Positions 1-9,126 of a stretch of 64,000 bases of DNA are shown one piece after another; within the stretch, counting starts at the first letter, position 1; each line of letters begins with the position of its first letter. The notes under the pieces are model-generated. The model was not told the DNA's origin. It worked only from the letters and a program-made list of their open reading frames with translations, and made no database searches. The stretch comes from an uncultured Methanosarcinales archaeon. GTDB lineage: Archaea; Nanobdellota; Nanobdellia; Woesearchaeales; CAZOXR01. The DNA lies in the NCBI GenBank assembly GCA_964566535.1, contig CAZMIO010000001.1, forward strand, positions 183,751 to 247,750, written 5' to 3'. Position numbers and translations under genes: made by a program.

Positions 1-1
1 T

Positions 2-1882
2 TTTGATCCTAAGCTTAGTCAGGTTGAGATTGAGGAGATAAGCCTTGACTTTGGGTCGTATAAGCAGGCCCTTCGTACAGGAGATAATAAGATCTGGTTT
101 CATGGTGAAGTTTTTGATGAATTATCTGCTACGTTAAGTGCTCCTGATGAGATTGTTGAGCAGATTGAGAATCCTAATCTAAAGATATTGAATGTGTTGA
201 ACGTTAAGATAGAGGGTGGTGAGGGTGCTGGTACTGTTTTAGAGATGCCTTACGTACAAGATGATAAGATTGATGAGGCAAGTGTGGGAATTTATGTTAA
301 ATTGAACGAGAGCTGGGAACTGGTTGGTGGTAAAGTTGGAGGGGGAGTTGTAAAGGTGGCTGTAGAAGATATTAATCAGTACCTTAGTAGTGATGGTGAG
401 GCAGTATTTGCTACAATGGGTGCAATATGTGTTAATTGTGTTAATTCCTCATTTGAGATGGTCTATGAGCCTAATGTAAAAAGCAGAGAGGCAGTATTAT
501 TAGTTCATGGGTTTACTAGTACACCTCTAACTTATTCTGAGATGATTGATGATATCATACTGACTGAGCAGCCGTATCAGTTATGGGTTTATGGTTATCC
601 TTCAACCAGAAAGCTTGATTTGAGTATTACGGAACTTGCTGACTTTTTAGAAGCTAATTCTGCTAAGTTTGACAAGTTGACTATTGTTGCACATAGTTTG
701 GGCGGGTTAGTTGTTCAGCAAGCTCTTTATCTGAGTGAACAGAATCCTAATGAGTATAGTTATCTTGATAAGGTAAAGAAGTTGGTATTGATTGGGGTTC
801 CAAATGAAGGTGCTCCTGGAATTCAGAATCAAAAGGAGATATTTAATTATATTGCCAATTTAAGGACTAAGAATTTCTTTGATAGTGAGAATATTCTATT
901 TGATACTTTAGCTGAAGGGATTGTAACTCCTAAGATTGAAGGGATAAATTACTATGTTGTTGCCGGTGTTAAGCCCATCTCAGTTTCGCTACCATTCTTT
1001 AAAACCGATACTGGGGAAGTATTTGAGATTTATGAGAAGAATGATGGGATTGTAACAGTTTCTAGTGCTCAGAGAGTTGGTGATGAATATATTAATGATA
1101 TGTGCAATAATTATTGGGAGATAAATTTATCGCATATTGAGCAGATTCATGAGAAAGAAGGGAGAGAATTGGTTGAGAAGATATTATCTGAAGAATTGTT
1201 GAGTAGGGATGAGCAGACTTCTTTGTTAGGTAATAATCAATACTTTAAATTGAAGATTGCTGATTGTTCAGCTGAGGACCAGTATGTTGTGATGGGTAAG
1301 AAGATTCCTGCCCAAGAGGTTGAAGATCCAACTGGTTGTTCGTGCGGGAATGGTTTTTGTGGAGTTGGTGAGGATGAGTTTAGCTGTCCTTCTGATTGTG
1401 AAGTTAATATTGTAAAGAGTTCGATTCCAATATTACCTTATGTTCTTGGGGTTTTGATATTGATCTTTTCTGTTTATAGGCATGGTAGGATACAGAGGTT
1501 GAAACATATTGGAGTTAGGAAACTGTTGATTCTTATTAAAGGGAATTATGATATTTCGGTTGTTGAGGGTATTAGTTCGATTGAGCTAAAAAGGGAGCTT
1601 TCTGAGAAAGGGATATCGCATAGGTTCTTTGATGATGCCATTAAAGTTATCTATAATGATTTCTTGAAGAAGTATATTTCGCTTGAGGATGATGTTGAGA
1701 GTAGGATTAGTAAAGGTGCTTCTAAAGAGAAGGTTGTGAAGGAATTTATGAAGGACGGTTGGAGTTCAGGTATAATTGAGAAAGCTATTGATAAGGAAGT
1801 GATTCACATTAAGTTTAGGAAGAAGGTTGTTCGTGATGTTGTGGTTAAGAGTAAGGGTAAGTATTTTGGGGTGAGTTCGTGA
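2..1882 (+). CDS. Secreted/membrane-anchored alpha/beta-hydrolase (lipase/esterase-like). The reading frame is open to the window edge, so the gene is probably 5'-partial; the first ATG in the window is at 188.
   Basis: LLVHGFTSTP and GHSLGG (GxSxG nucleophile elbow) motifs; a Cys-rich stretch followed by a hydrophobic TM helix (IPILPYVLGVLILIFSVY) and then a cytoplasmic tail; the in-frame ORF has no stop back to position 2. Confidence 0.6.
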   Translation, partial: FDPKLSQVEIEEISLDFGSYKQALRTGDNKIWFHGEVFDELSATLSAPDEIVEQIENPNLKILNVLNVKIEGGEGAGTVLEMPYVQDDKIDEASVGIYVKLNESWELVGGKVGGGVVKVAVEDINQYLSSDGEAVFATMGAICVNCVNSSFEMVYEPNVKSREAVLLVHGFTSTPLTYSEMIDDIILTEQPYQLWVYGYPSTRKLDLSITELADFLEANSAKFDKLTIVAHSLGGLVVQQALYLSEQNPNEYSYLDKVKKLVLIGVPNEGAPGIQNQKEIFNYIANLRTKNFFDSENILFDTLAEGIVTPKIEGINYYVVAGVKPISVSLPFFKTDTGEVFEIYEKNDGIVTVSSAQRVGDEYINDMCNNYWEINLSHIEQIHEKEGRELVEKILSEELLSRDEQTSLLGNNQYFKLKIADCSAEDQYVVMGKKIPAQEVEDPTGCSCGNGFCGVGEDEFSCPSDCEVNIVKSSIPILPYVLGVLILIFSVYRHGRIQRLKHIGVRKLLILIKGNYDISVVEGISSIELKRELSEKGISHRFFDDAIKVIYNDFLKKYISLEDDVESRISKGASKEKVVKEFMKDGWSSGIIEKAIDKEVIHIKFRKKVVRDVVVKSKGKYFGVSS

Positions 1883-4266
1883 GGAAAGGGTATTTGATTT
1901 TGGTTCTGTTTTTGGTTATTAGTAGTTATCTTGTTATTGGCCTTGAGGGGAGTATTGCTCCGGGGGATGGTGGTGAGGTGCCTTCTGGGCCTAGTGATCA
2001 TGATTGGGATGGGGATGGTGTTTTGAATGATGATGATGTTTTTCCTCGGAATCCTAATGAATGGGCTGATGTTGATTTTGATGGGTTTGGGGATAATTGG
2101 GATGCTAAGTATTTAGAGGTTGGGAATAATGATGGGGCTGTGCAGAATGATGATTGGGATGGTGATGGTCTGACGAATATACGTGAGTTTGAGATAGGGA
2201 GTGATCCGAATAGTGTTGTTGTTGGTGGAAGTGGTGATGGTTCTTCAGGTGAGAGTGCTGAAACAACAACTCCTTCTCCAGTGAGTGAGTATAGGGAAAC
2301 TCCTGAAACTTCATGTGGCTGTCCCGATTTAGATGGTGATGGTGAAGTTACAATTTCTGATATGGTTATGGCTGCCGTTGATTTTGGGGAAGGTTATATT
2401 GGAGATTTGGTTTGTGTTGCAACTAGGTTTGGGGGAGAGGTTGAGTGTGGAGAACAAGTAGAGGTTGGTGATGGACAAGCTAGTGAAGTTGTTGATATAG
2501 ATGAAGCGTATCGTGATTTAAGAAGGGGATGGGAAATAGAATCTGGAGATGAGGTTCTTGAAATTAATCTTGAGGAGTATTCATTATCAGAGTTATTTAA
2601 CTCCCTTGGTGTCTCTGAGAGTGCAGTAGTTGAGGTAGGACCAGGGATAGACCCAGTTACTGTAGATATTAAAAAGTTTACAGCTTGGTTTTATGATTTG
2701 GGTATTAGATATAGAATAGATATGGTGCTGGAAATTTTAACATCAGTTGATAGACCTGGAATTGCACCGAGAGGTGTTCACGCAAATATATATGAATATG
2801 AGAATGAATATGGTATTATTGGTGAAGGCCAAATCTCATTAATATCTAAAAATGAAAATAAATACTATAGAGATTCCTTGGAAGGTTATCTAAACCAAAG
2901 AGGAAAATCTGTTAGTACTATTTTGAATGAACTTAAAGGGGATCTAAATAGGCCAAAAGATGAATTTAAACATAGGCAGTATATTGGTGTTGAGGAGGTA
3001 GAAGATTCCCATTTGTTTAGTATATCTGATTTAAGAAGTGGTAGTTTAACATTTATGAGAGGGTCTGCTTTAATAGAAGTAAATTCAGAAGAAGATGTTG
3101 AAGATTTTCCATTAGATGGAGAGATTTTTGAATATCAATTTGATGAAGAAACTGGAATATCAACAGTTACTAGGCATACTAAATATTTAGATTACAGTGG
3201 TGAAGGAGGGATTCAATATGCAGATACTGTAATTTGGGAGATAGGGTTGGAAGGAGAGTTAATCTCTAGAGTTGGTGGAAGAGACCCAATAGCTATACAA
3301 CAAGAATACCAAGAAGGTATTTTAGCAATAACTGCTGATGTTGTTGTTGGTGATGTAGTTGAACATGTACCAATTAAAGGAGGTCTTGAAAAAATAACTG
3401 GAAGAGGTTTTGTTATATCCTCTGGATCCGGTTCTCAAGATGAAACTGACCCACTATCTGAAGATGTATCAGATGGTGAAGACTCATTAGATAGGGTAAA
3501 TGAAAAAGAAGAGAAAGAAGGGAGAGAGGTTGTCACAAATGTAGAGGTTCTTCCAATAGAATCAAAACCAAATGTTGATGATGTAGGTGATGTTAAATTT
3601 CTATATGAGGTCAAGTACTCAACCAAGGATATATTATTACTTCAAATGGATGGGAGACTAGCAGATATTATTGACAATCATGTTCAAGGTATGTTTGAAG
3701 CTGGATATGCAGACAGCCTATATCTAGGTGATTTGTTTCATGGACATTTTTATTCTCTAGATCCACAATTTCATCTAAACTTCCCAGATCATCCAATATC
3801 CCTAGAGGACTGGACAGACATTTATTTGGATGGGGATATGGGGATTGTGTATCACACAAGAGAGGGCGAATATAATGATGTACCTTACACAGGGCCTGCT
3901 AGGAGTCTATTGGGTACATCTGATGGAGAGGTGCGTCCAATGGTACCTCAAAATGATGATGCAAGATTTGAAAATTATGGGACTGTATTTGGGGATGATC
4001 CTTTTTTAACATATGAATCTAATGTTGGAGGCGTGTACATCGGAGATCCTGAAGAACATGAGGGAGTAGGACATACTCAACCAGTTGATGCAACCTTTGA
4101 AGGTACTCATTCTGAGTATGGGATGATACTCTCTGATGATCCTTACAAATACGGCTTGTTCACAGTATTTATGGATGAAAATGGTAGGTACGATTTACCT
4201 AGTGGGGAAAGATATGATATTTTTTATTGGTTAGAAGAAAGGGATGCTGAAGATGATGATAAATAA
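1879..4266 (+). CDS. Large secreted protein with Ca-binding thrombospondin-type-3/dockerin-like Asp repeats
   Basis: N-terminal signal/TM (LILVLFLVISSYLVIG); repeated DWDGDG(V/L)(L/T)N and DLDGDGEVTISDM (dockerin-like) motifs; overlaps the upstream gene by 4 bp (GTGA), suggesting an operon. Confidence 0.55.
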   Translation: MRKGYLILVLFLVISSYLVIGLEGSIAPGDGGEVPSGPSDHDWDGDGVLNDDDVFPRNPNEWADVDFDGFGDNWDAKYLEVGNNDGAVQNDDWDGDGLTNIREFEIGSDPNSVVVGGSGDGSSGESAETTTPSPVSEYRETPETSCGCPDLDGDGEVTISDMVMAAVDFGEGYIGDLVCVATRFGGEVECGEQVEVGDGQASEVVDIDEAYRDLRRGWEIESGDEVLEINLEEYSLSELFNSLGVSESAVVEVGPGIDPVTVDIKKFTAWFYDLGIRYRIDMVLEILTSVDRPGIAPRGVHANIYEYENEYGIIGEGQISLISKNENKYYRDSLEGYLNQRGKSVSTILNELKGDLNRPKDEFKHRQYIGVEEVEDSHLFSISDLRSGSLTFMRGSALIEVNSEEDVEDFPLDGEIFEYQFDEETGISTVTRHTKYLDYSGEGGIQYADTVIWEIGLEGELISRVGGRDPIAIQQEYQEGILAITADVVVGDVVEHVPIKGGLEKITGRGFVISSGSGSQDETDPLSEDVSDGEDSLDRVNEKEEKEGREVVTNVEVLPIESKPNVDDVGDVKFLYEVKYSTKDILLLQMDGRLADIIDNHVQGMFEAGYADSLYLGDLFHGHFYSLDPQFHLNFPDHPISLEDWTDIYLDGDMGIVYHTREGEYNDVPYTGPARSLLGTSDGEVRPMVPQNDDARFENYGTVFGDDPFLTYESNVGGVYIGDPEEHEGVGHTQPVDATFEGTHSEYGMILSDDPYKYGLFTVFMDENGRYDLPSGERYDIFYWLEERDAEDDDK

Positions 4267-4425
4267 AATAATTGTTTTAATTGATGATAGTTAGTTTTGA
4301 GGTTAAGAGGAAGAGATGAACCAAGAAGATATTGGTTTGGAGTCATAATAAAGAAATACCGTTAAATTTATAAACTATAACTTCAATTATTAAGATATTC
4401 ATAAATTACAGTGTAAAAGAGGGTG

Positions 4426-5151
4426 ATGATTATGGCAGATGATGGATCATACGAGATTGTACCTTACAAAGAGATTGTTGAGCTGAAGAAGCAGATTGAA
4501 AAGCTGAAAGAAGGTGGAGGTGAGGCTCCGTCAAAGCAATTGTTGAATTCTATGAATGACCTTACAAGGAGTATGAACGGTATGTTGGGCTTATTTAAGT
4601 CTGCTACTGAGGAATTGAAGCTTGAAGAGAGGGAAGGTTCCTCTATCAACAAAAAACTAGATCCTTTATTGAAGAAATTAGATGAGGTTATCGATCAGAA
4701 TAAAGTTATTGCTGAGAGTATGGTTACAATTGTTGATGAGATGAAAGAAATGAAGGAGAAACATCCAGAAGCTCCGAAGAAGCATGAGCCTATGAGAAAG
4801 ATGCCTCCTCCGATGATGCAGCCACCTTTGAAGGTTGAGAGGATTGAACCAAACCATCCGATGGGTCATGGAATGGTCCCACCATTAAAGCCTATGCCTA
4901 TGGGACCTGGAATGGCTCCGCAAGCTCCCCCAATAATGCCTCCTCCTCCAAAAGCTCCACCGATGGGAGCTCCGATGCCGCCACCACGTGGTGGCCCAAT
5001 GCCTCCTCCGATGGGAGCGCCAATGCATCCGCCTCCAATGGGTGGGCCTATGCCTGGTGGACCAGGAGCTGGTGAACTTCCACCATTAGGACCTGCTCAT
5101 GAAGAACATCATAAAAAAGGATTATTTGATATGTTCAAAAAGAAGAAGTAG
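4426..5151 (+). CDS. Hypothetical protein with an N-terminal coiled-coil and a C-terminal Pro/Met/Gly-rich low-complexity tail
   Basis: ORF; GAGGG SD-like upstream; the tail reads PPMGAPMPPPRGGPMPPPMGAPMHPPPMGGPMPGGPG; the start at ATG 4426 rather than GTG 4423 is a guess. Confidence 0.45.
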   Translation: MIMADDGSYEIVPYKEIVELKKQIEKLKEGGGEAPSKQLLNSMNDLTRSMNGMLGLFKSATEELKLEEREGSSINKKLDPLLKKLDEVIDQNKVIAESMVTIVDEMKEMKEKHPEAPKKHEPMRKMPPPMMQPPLKVERIEPNHPMGHGMVPPLKPMPMGPGMAPQAPPIMPPPPKAPPMGAPMPPPRGGPMPPPMGAPMHPPPMGGPMPGGPGAGELPPLGPAHEEHHKKGLFDMFKKKK

Positions 5152-5154
5152 AGA

Positions 5155-5736
5155 ATGGAACAAACTACAATTTCTAAGCTTAGTACCCACAATCTTAAGA
5201 ATTTTGTAAGGCATCTATGCAGAGTTACAAAAAGACAAGAAGAGAAAGATATAGCTAAGTTACGGTTAAAACAGCAATTCCAGAATGTTAAACAAGTTAG
5301 TTTGGCAAAGAAGCCTAAAAGGTGGATTATTGATGAACAATTAAAGAGATTAGAGGATAGAACTACAGATGTTTTGGCAAAGGAGCTTGAGATATTAAGG
5401 ATGGGCAAAGCTGATTCTTCGGTTATTAAGAGTTTGAAAGACAAGATTTCGTCATTGGAAAGTCAGATTGAGCAAGAAAAGGATAAGAAAGATTTTGAGT
5501 CTCAAGAAAATAAGTTTAGAACTGAGAAATTAGCTCATGCTTTGAGTGAGATAAGGGATAAGGTTGGTAAGATTACAGATGAGCAAGATGAGAAAAGGGC
5601 CAAGAGAGACATGATTAAGGGTAAGATTAAGGATTTAGAGACAAAACATTCTGAGATGAAGAAAGGTGGTAAGTTTAGTAAAGAACATATTAATAGAATA
5701 GAAGATAAGATTTATTTATTGAAGCATAAAGTGTAG
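5155..5736 (+). CDS. Hypothetical K/E-rich coiled-coil protein
   Basis: ORF starting 4 bp after the previous gene; heptad-like charged sequence throughout. Confidence 0.4.
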   Translation: MEQTTISKLSTHNLKNFVRHLCRVTKRQEEKDIAKLRLKQQFQNVKQVSLAKKPKRWIIDEQLKRLEDRTTDVLAKELEILRMGKADSSVIKSLKDKISSLESQIEQEKDKKDFESQENKFRTEKLAHALSEIRDKVGKITDEQDEKRAKRDMIKGKIKDLETKHSEMKKGGKFSKEHINRIEDKIYLLKHKV

Positions 5737-5741
5737 ATTTC

Positions 5742-5936
5742 TTAGACGTCTTTTCCCATTATTGTATTTCTTCCGTTTGCTCTGGCTCTTTCGCATGATT
5801 TTTTAATCATATTTTCTACCTTTTTGCTTAATTCTACGAAAAAGTCGTTAGAAATGTTGATTACTTTGTTTTGGTCGTACTGCTCTGCAACATTTCTTAT
5901 TTGGGTTTTAACTATAATGTCTTTCATATAAATCAC
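5742..5936 (-). CDS. Histone-fold protein (short archaeal histone variant apparently lacking helix alpha-3)
   Basis: FFVELSKKVENMIKKSCERARANGRNTIMGKDV aligns to the archaeal histone alpha2-L2 region (..AKHAGRKTIKAEDI), but the ORF stops right after it. Confidence 0.5.
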   Translation of the reverse strand: MIYMKDIIVKTQIRNVAEQYDQNKVINISNDFFVELSKKVENMIKKSCERARANGRNTIMGKDV

Positions 5937-5962
5937 CTCAATATTTTTTCAGTATTTAATAT

Positions 5963-6074
5963 TTCTCTCCAATACGGTTAATTTGGTTTTCCAATGGTTT
6001 AAATTTTTTATTATTAAATAAAGACTGTTCTATGTTTGCAATTTCATTTGCCCAAATCTTGCAGTGAAATTGCG
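5963..6074. repeat. Interspersed intergenic element family 2, copy 1: a roughly 65-bp AT-rich core (CAATACGGTTAATTTGGTTTTCCAATGGTT.AAATTTTTTA.TATTAAATAAAGACTGT) plus a GCAATTTCA...TGAAATTGC hairpin
   Basis: Near-identical to 52137..52251; degenerate copies at 25540..25599 and 29322..29392. Confidence 0.7.
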
Positions 6075-6079
6075 ACTTA

Positions 6080-7762
6080 CTACTTGTGTGCGAACCAAAA
6101 AACTAATTTATTTCCTAACTTTTGATCTAGTCTTACGAAGCCGAATCTTTCGAACTGGATTACTTGACCTTCTGATAAGTCTTTTAATCCTCTTTCTCCT
6201 AGGCCTTTCTTTATTTTGTTGTCTGGCATTATGACTTCTACGTTTACTAAGTCTTTTTCTTTTGGGAGCCAGTGGATGATTAGGTTGCCTTGCTCTTTGA
6301 ATTTGTTGTAGTCTAAGGAGTCGAAAGTGAACTCTTTGCCTTCTTTCTTGAAGTTTAGGCAGTCCATCAGTCTGATTAGTTTGTTGTCTTTGATATTTTT
6401 ATGGTCTTCTTTTGTTAAATAGAATTTATCTGTTGTACTAAATTTTCTTCCTTTTTTTCTGTTGTTTGGGTGCAGGTCTAATTCTACGTTTTGCATTGGT
6501 GCGTTGCTTACTTTTATTTCAACTGGTGATTCTATGAAGAAGTATCTATGTGACTTAGAGTCAATTGCGTCTTTGTTGAATGCGTTGATTGCTTTGAAGA
6601 ATTCTTCTCCTGTTGTTGTTTTGTCGGTTTGGGAGATTCCAACGTCTAATGCATACTTGATGAATGCGTCCGGATGGTAGCCCCTACGCTTTAATGCTTC
6701 TAGGAAAGGTAGACGGATATCATCCCATCCTGTGTATGTTCCGTCTTCAATTAACGGTCTTGTTTTTGAGCAGCTGACTCTTAAGTCTTTGAAATTAATT
6801 CTACCGATGTAGAGATGTTCTGGCATCTTCCAACCCAAGTAATCGTAAAGGTATTTTTGACGCTTTTCGTTGTCCATGTGTTCTTTTGCCCTTATTGCAT
6901 GAGTGATTCCTAATTCGTGATCGTCGATTGTAACTGCGAAGTTCATCAGTGGCCAGACTCGGTATTTTGTTTTTTGTTTTGGATGAGAATTTAGGTTTAT
7001 TCTTAGTGCTGGCCAGTCCCTCATTGCAGGATTTTTATGAGTAATGTCTGTTTTTATTCTGACTACTGCGTCTCCTTCTTTGAATGTTGTTAGCATTTTT
7101 TCCCATCTTTCTACGTTGGCTTGCTTTCTAATGTGTCTGCATGGGCATGGGATGGACTTTAACATTGATTCTCGGAAGTCTTCTGCTTTGCAAGTACAAA
7201 CATAAGCATGTTCTTTTTTGATTAACTCTTCTGCGTATTTGTAGTATAGTTTTAATCTGTCTGATTGGATGATGATGTCGTTTACGTTGTTTTTTGTAAT
7301 CCATTCTGCGTCTATGGGGATTAATTTGTAGGCTTTTTCGTAGATGTTTTCAGGATTTGTGTCTGCGATTCGGATTATTAGTTTTCCTTTGTGTTTTCTA
7401 GCTAGCTCTGAGTTTAGGCTTAATGTGAATGCATGGCCTATGTGTAGGGGTCCTGACGGCGATGGTTCGAATCTCATTACAACTTTTTTTTCTTTGAAAG
7501 TTGGCAGTTCTTTCTTTTTTTCAACTTTCTTTTGTTTTTTTAGTAAGTCTGGTGCTAAGTCTTTTAGTTTTTCTTTTTGTTTGTCTAATGGTAGTGAGTT
7601 TACTTCTTTTACAATCTGCATTATGTCTTTGTTTACTTCTTTTGCTTTTGATTTTAGGTCTGGATTCTCACTTAGAACTTTTCCTATGATTGCGCCTGGA
7701 TTTGCTTTACCGTTGAACTTTACAGCGTTTTGTAGAGCGTATTTTAGGATTAATTGTTTCAT
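6080..7762 (-). CDS. gltX: Glutamyl-tRNA synthetase (archaeal GluRS/GlnRS-type class I)
   Basis: HIGH motif PSPSGPLHIGHA; length about 560 aa; class I GluRS-like sequence throughout. Confidence 0.8.
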   Translation of the reverse strand: MKQLILKYALQNAVKFNGKANPGAIIGKVLSENPDLKSKAKEVNKDIMQIVKEVNSLPLDKQKEKLKDLAPDLLKKQKKVEKKKELPTFKEKKVVMRFEPSPSGPLHIGHAFTLSLNSELARKHKGKLIIRIADTNPENIYEKAYKLIPIDAEWITKNNVNDIIIQSDRLKLYYKYAEELIKKEHAYVCTCKAEDFRESMLKSIPCPCRHIRKQANVERWEKMLTTFKEGDAVVRIKTDITHKNPAMRDWPALRINLNSHPKQKTKYRVWPLMNFAVTIDDHELGITHAIRAKEHMDNEKRQKYLYDYLGWKMPEHLYIGRINFKDLRVSCSKTRPLIEDGTYTGWDDIRLPFLEALKRRGYHPDAFIKYALDVGISQTDKTTTGEEFFKAINAFNKDAIDSKSHRYFFIESPVEIKVSNAPMQNVELDLHPNNRKKGRKFSTTDKFYLTKEDHKNIKDNKLIRLMDCLNFKKEGKEFTFDSLDYNKFKEQGNLIIHWLPKEKDLVNVEVIMPDNKIKKGLGERGLKDLSEGQVIQFERFGFVRLDQKLGNKLVFWFAHK

Positions 7763-7783
7763 GGTTTAGGTAATATTGAAGTG

Positions 7784-7841
7784 GGTATATAAAGTTTTTT
7801 GAAATGTTTCAAAATTTGTTAAAACCGAAAGGTATATAAAG
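7784..7841. promoter_or_regulatory. Divergent promoter region with two identical GGTATATAAAG TATA-box-like 11-mers (7784..7794 and 7831..7841)
   Basis: Exact duplicate 11-mers 47 bp apart between divergent gltX (start 7762) and the histone gene (start 7921); the first is about 22-32 bp upstream of the gltX ATG. Confidence 0.5.
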
Positions 7842-7920
7842 AAGTTATATCAATAAAATAGTTAACAAAGACTAAGGGGATTTTTTTATTATCTTTTTTT
7901 ATTTTTTTGTTGAGGTTAAA

Positions 7921-8142
7921 ATGGGGAGAAAAGTTACTACAATTCCTAAGGCGCCTATGGCGAGAATTCTGATTAATTCTGGTGCTAGTAGAGTGTCTGC
8001 TGAAGGTGCAGATGTTTTTGTTGAAGTTATTACAAAGATAACTGAAGAGATTGCTGTTAAGGCTGTTGCGATTTCTAAGCATTCTGGCAGAAAGACTGTT
8101 CACGAAGATGATGTAAAGATTGCTGAAAAGCAGATATCATAA
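7921..8142 (+). CDS. Archaeal histone (HMf-like) with a short basic N-terminal extension
   Basis: IPKAPMARILINSGASRVSAEGA...AISKHSGRKTVHEDDVKIA matches HMfB-type histones; an extra MGRKVTT precedes the fold. Confidence 0.85.
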   Translation: MGRKVTTIPKAPMARILINSGASRVSAEGADVFVEVITKITEEIAVKAVAISKHSGRKTVHEDDVKIAEKQIS

Positions 8143-8178
8143 AGATTTTTATACTATTTCTTGTTTGTTTAATTTTGT

Positions 8179-8270
8179 GGGCTGGTAGTTAAACCTGGTT
8201 ACAACGTCCGGCTGGCAGCCGGGTGGTCCGAGTTCAAATAAGATTAGCTTTGAAAGTCTCGGCCAGTCCA
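8179..8270 (+). tRNA. tRNA-Ala (anticodon GGC) with a roughly 18-nt non-canonical intron in the T-loop
   Basis: Acceptor GGGCUGG/CCAGUCC with the G3:U70 Ala identity pair; anticodon stem-loop UCCGG-CUGGCAG-CCGGG (U33, GGC, A37); T-stem CCGAG...CUCGG interrupted after TTCAAAT by AAGATTAGCTTTGAAAGT, whose TTTGAA can pair with exon TTCAAA (BHB-like). Confidence 0.65.
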
Positions 8271-8322
8271 TATTTATGTATATATAGAAACTCTTATAAA
8301 ATAGAAAGAGTTATTTCTTGCT

Positions 8323-9126
8323 ATGGCATACAAAATACTTTTTGTAACTGATTTGCATGGGAATAAGGAAGTTTATGAGCGATTAGTTGATTTTGCAAAC
8401 AAAGAGAAGGAGATTCAGGCGGTTGTTATTGGAGGGGATTTGTCTGCTGCTAGTAAAGGTGCTATGGAAGAGGGGGTAAGGATTGAGAAAGAGTTTCTAG
8501 TTGATTTTATGATTCCTGAGCTGAAGAAATGTTCTAAGGATATTTATTTGATGATGGGTAATGATGACTTTAAGGTAAATATGGAAGTTTTAGAGAAAGA
8601 ATCTAAGAAAGGAACTTTTAAGTTGATGCACAACAAAGTGAATAAACTTGGTAAGTGGAATATTGTAGGTTATAGTTTTGTTACGCAGATGCCTTTCTTA
8701 ATGAAAGATTGGGAGAAGATGGATGACTCTGATTCTAAAGCAATGACTGATGCTAAGCAGGAGATAAGGTCAGTTCCTAAGGAGAAAGGAACTATTAAAG
8801 AAGATATGGCTAAATTAAAGAAATTAAGTAATCCTAAGAAAACAATTTATGTTATGCATGCTCCGCCATTTGATACTTATTTAGATAGGATTTATGAGAA
8901 GAGGCATGTTGGGTCTAAGTCTATTAGAGAGTTTATTGAGAACGAGCAGCCATTCTTGACTTTGCATGGGCATATTCATGAGTCTGTAACAATGTCTGGT
9001 GAGTTTGCTGATAAGATTGGTTCGACAGTTTGTGCAAATCCAGGTAGTGAGTATCACGATGGTATATTGAATGCTGTTATAATTGATTTGGAGAATTTAG
9101 AAGATATGGAGCACGAGATGATTTAG
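8323..9126 (+). CDS. Calcineurin-like metallophosphoesterase
   Basis: Motifs DLHGN, GGDL, GNDD, HAPP, HGHIHE. Confidence 0.7.
   Translation: MAYKILFVTDLHGNKEVYERLVDFANKEKEIQAVVIGGDLSAASKGAMEEGVRIEKEFLVDFMIPELKKCSKDIYLMMGNDDFKVNMEVLEKESKKGTFKLMHNKVNKLGKWNIVGYSFVTQMPFLMKDWEKMDDSDSKAMTDAKQEIRSVPKEKGTIKEDMAKLKKLSNPKKTIYVMHAPPFDTYLDRIYEKRHVGSKSIREFIENEQPFLTLHGHIHESVTMSGEFADKIGSTVCANPGSEYHDGILNAVIIDLENLEDMEHEMI

Noticed and set aside
2105-2314. A His-rich 69-aa antisense ORF, and many other 60-150 aa ORFs in the six-frame track (for example 1804..2001, 3435..3626, 7344..7769, 41954..42427 and 51404..51738).
   Set aside because: They lie entirely inside and antisense to, or out of frame with, well-supported genes. 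They have low-complexity composition typical of shadow ORFs in AT-rich DNA.
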